Source: Azolla caroliniana (lineage: Eukaryota; Plantae; Polypodiophyta). Taken from it: a stretch of 64,000 nucleotides of DNA. Shown piece by piece: positions 63,301-64,000 of this stretch; within the stretch, counting starts at the first letter, position 1; each line of letters begins with the position of its first letter. The stretch is taken from contig JBHGNT010000108.1 of assembly GCA_043228905.1 (NCBI GenBank), forward strand, positions 20,267-84,266. The letters run 5' to 3'. The notes below the pieces were generated by a model. It was not told where the DNA came from and did not search any database. It was given only the letters and a program-made list of their open reading frames with translations. The position numbers were made by a program, and so were the translations under genes.

Positions 63301-64000
63301 GTTGAAGAAGAGCCTTTACGGACTGAAGCAGGCTCCCCGGCAATGGTACCGGAAGTTCGACTCCTTCATGACCGACGAAGGGTACCACAAAACGCAGTCT
63401 GATCACTGCGTGTTTGTGAAGAAGTTCGAAGGAGGAGACTCTCTAATACTCCTCCTGTACGTGGACGACATGTTGATCAGACTGCGTTTTGAGGTACCCT
63501 TCGTCGGTCATGAAGGAGTCGAACTTCCGGTACCATTGTCGGGGAGCCTGCTTCAGTCCGTAAAGGCTCTTCTTCAACCGGCATTGAGAGATCCGGATGC
63601 GGAGACATATTTGTGAATATGTTTGCCAAGAGCCCTTGAGGCTATATTTGTAAATAGCCCGAAAGTCATATGTGTATAAATATGACTTAGGGCAAACAGT
63701 TAAGTCTGTTGTTGCTCATTTTCTGTTTTCCACTAAGAGGGAGCGAAGTGAGAGCAGCCGAGAGAGAGTGAGAGAGAGAAGCAGAAAATAGGTAACACAG
63801 AGAAAGACACGATAACACAGGGATTAACGTGGAAAACCCTATACGGGAAAAACCACGGGAGTGCAAGACTCCAACTATCACTATACGCGGGAATGTACAA
63901 TGGCGAGCTGCAAGGCGACGACCTTGAGCTCGCTGTCCTCGCCACAGGCGGCGGTATTACACAGAGGCGTCGACCTCTTCCTTCCTCCTTCTCTCTCACT

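Larger units (their letters stand above)
52269..64000 (+). mobile_element. Ty1/copia element E (A family), split by gypsy F, rearranged 3' end
   Basis: 5' LTR 52269-53027, iMet PBS 53031-53044. Gag from ATG 53059 to 53886 resumes at 61187. Frameshift at ~62643; RT broken at ~63478. Confidence 0.92.

Noticed and set aside
63474-63600. Hi-C (GATC) ligation chimera explaining the rearranged end
   Set aside because: Only the first of three junctions falls on GATC, so it is not supported as the general cause.

Overview
Eukaryotic land-plant genomic DNA. The TE types suggest a seed-free plant (fern, lycophyte or bryophyte); this is inference. The left ~39 kb is a tandem array of minus-strand CYP85-clan cytochrome P450 genes (CYP716-like). 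One copy is intact (3 exons, 488 aa, 25332-23644), one is full length with a single nonsense codon (6218-4523), two sister pseudogenes are split by the same solo LTR, and two are small fragments. The copies sit in repeated intergenic blocks littered with solo LTRs, hAT elements, L1 remnants and a near-complete non-L1 (RTEX-like) LINE. The right ~25 kb is a five-layer nest of Ty1/copia and Ty3/gypsy LTR retrotransposons. A young intact copia (32995-38324) lies inside one P450 pseudogene. A young intact gypsy (53887-61186, minus) has a tRNA-Trp PBS, a 4-bp TSD and a candidate -1 frameshift (G GAU UUU UAG plus hairpin) between protease and RT. The most notable observations are this recoding signal, the rebuilt upstream region of the only intact P450 (antisense LTR plus a 4x271-bp array carrying a piece of its own exon 3), the RTEX-like LINE, and a gag swap between copia relatives. 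No RNA genes or CRISPR arrays were seen.
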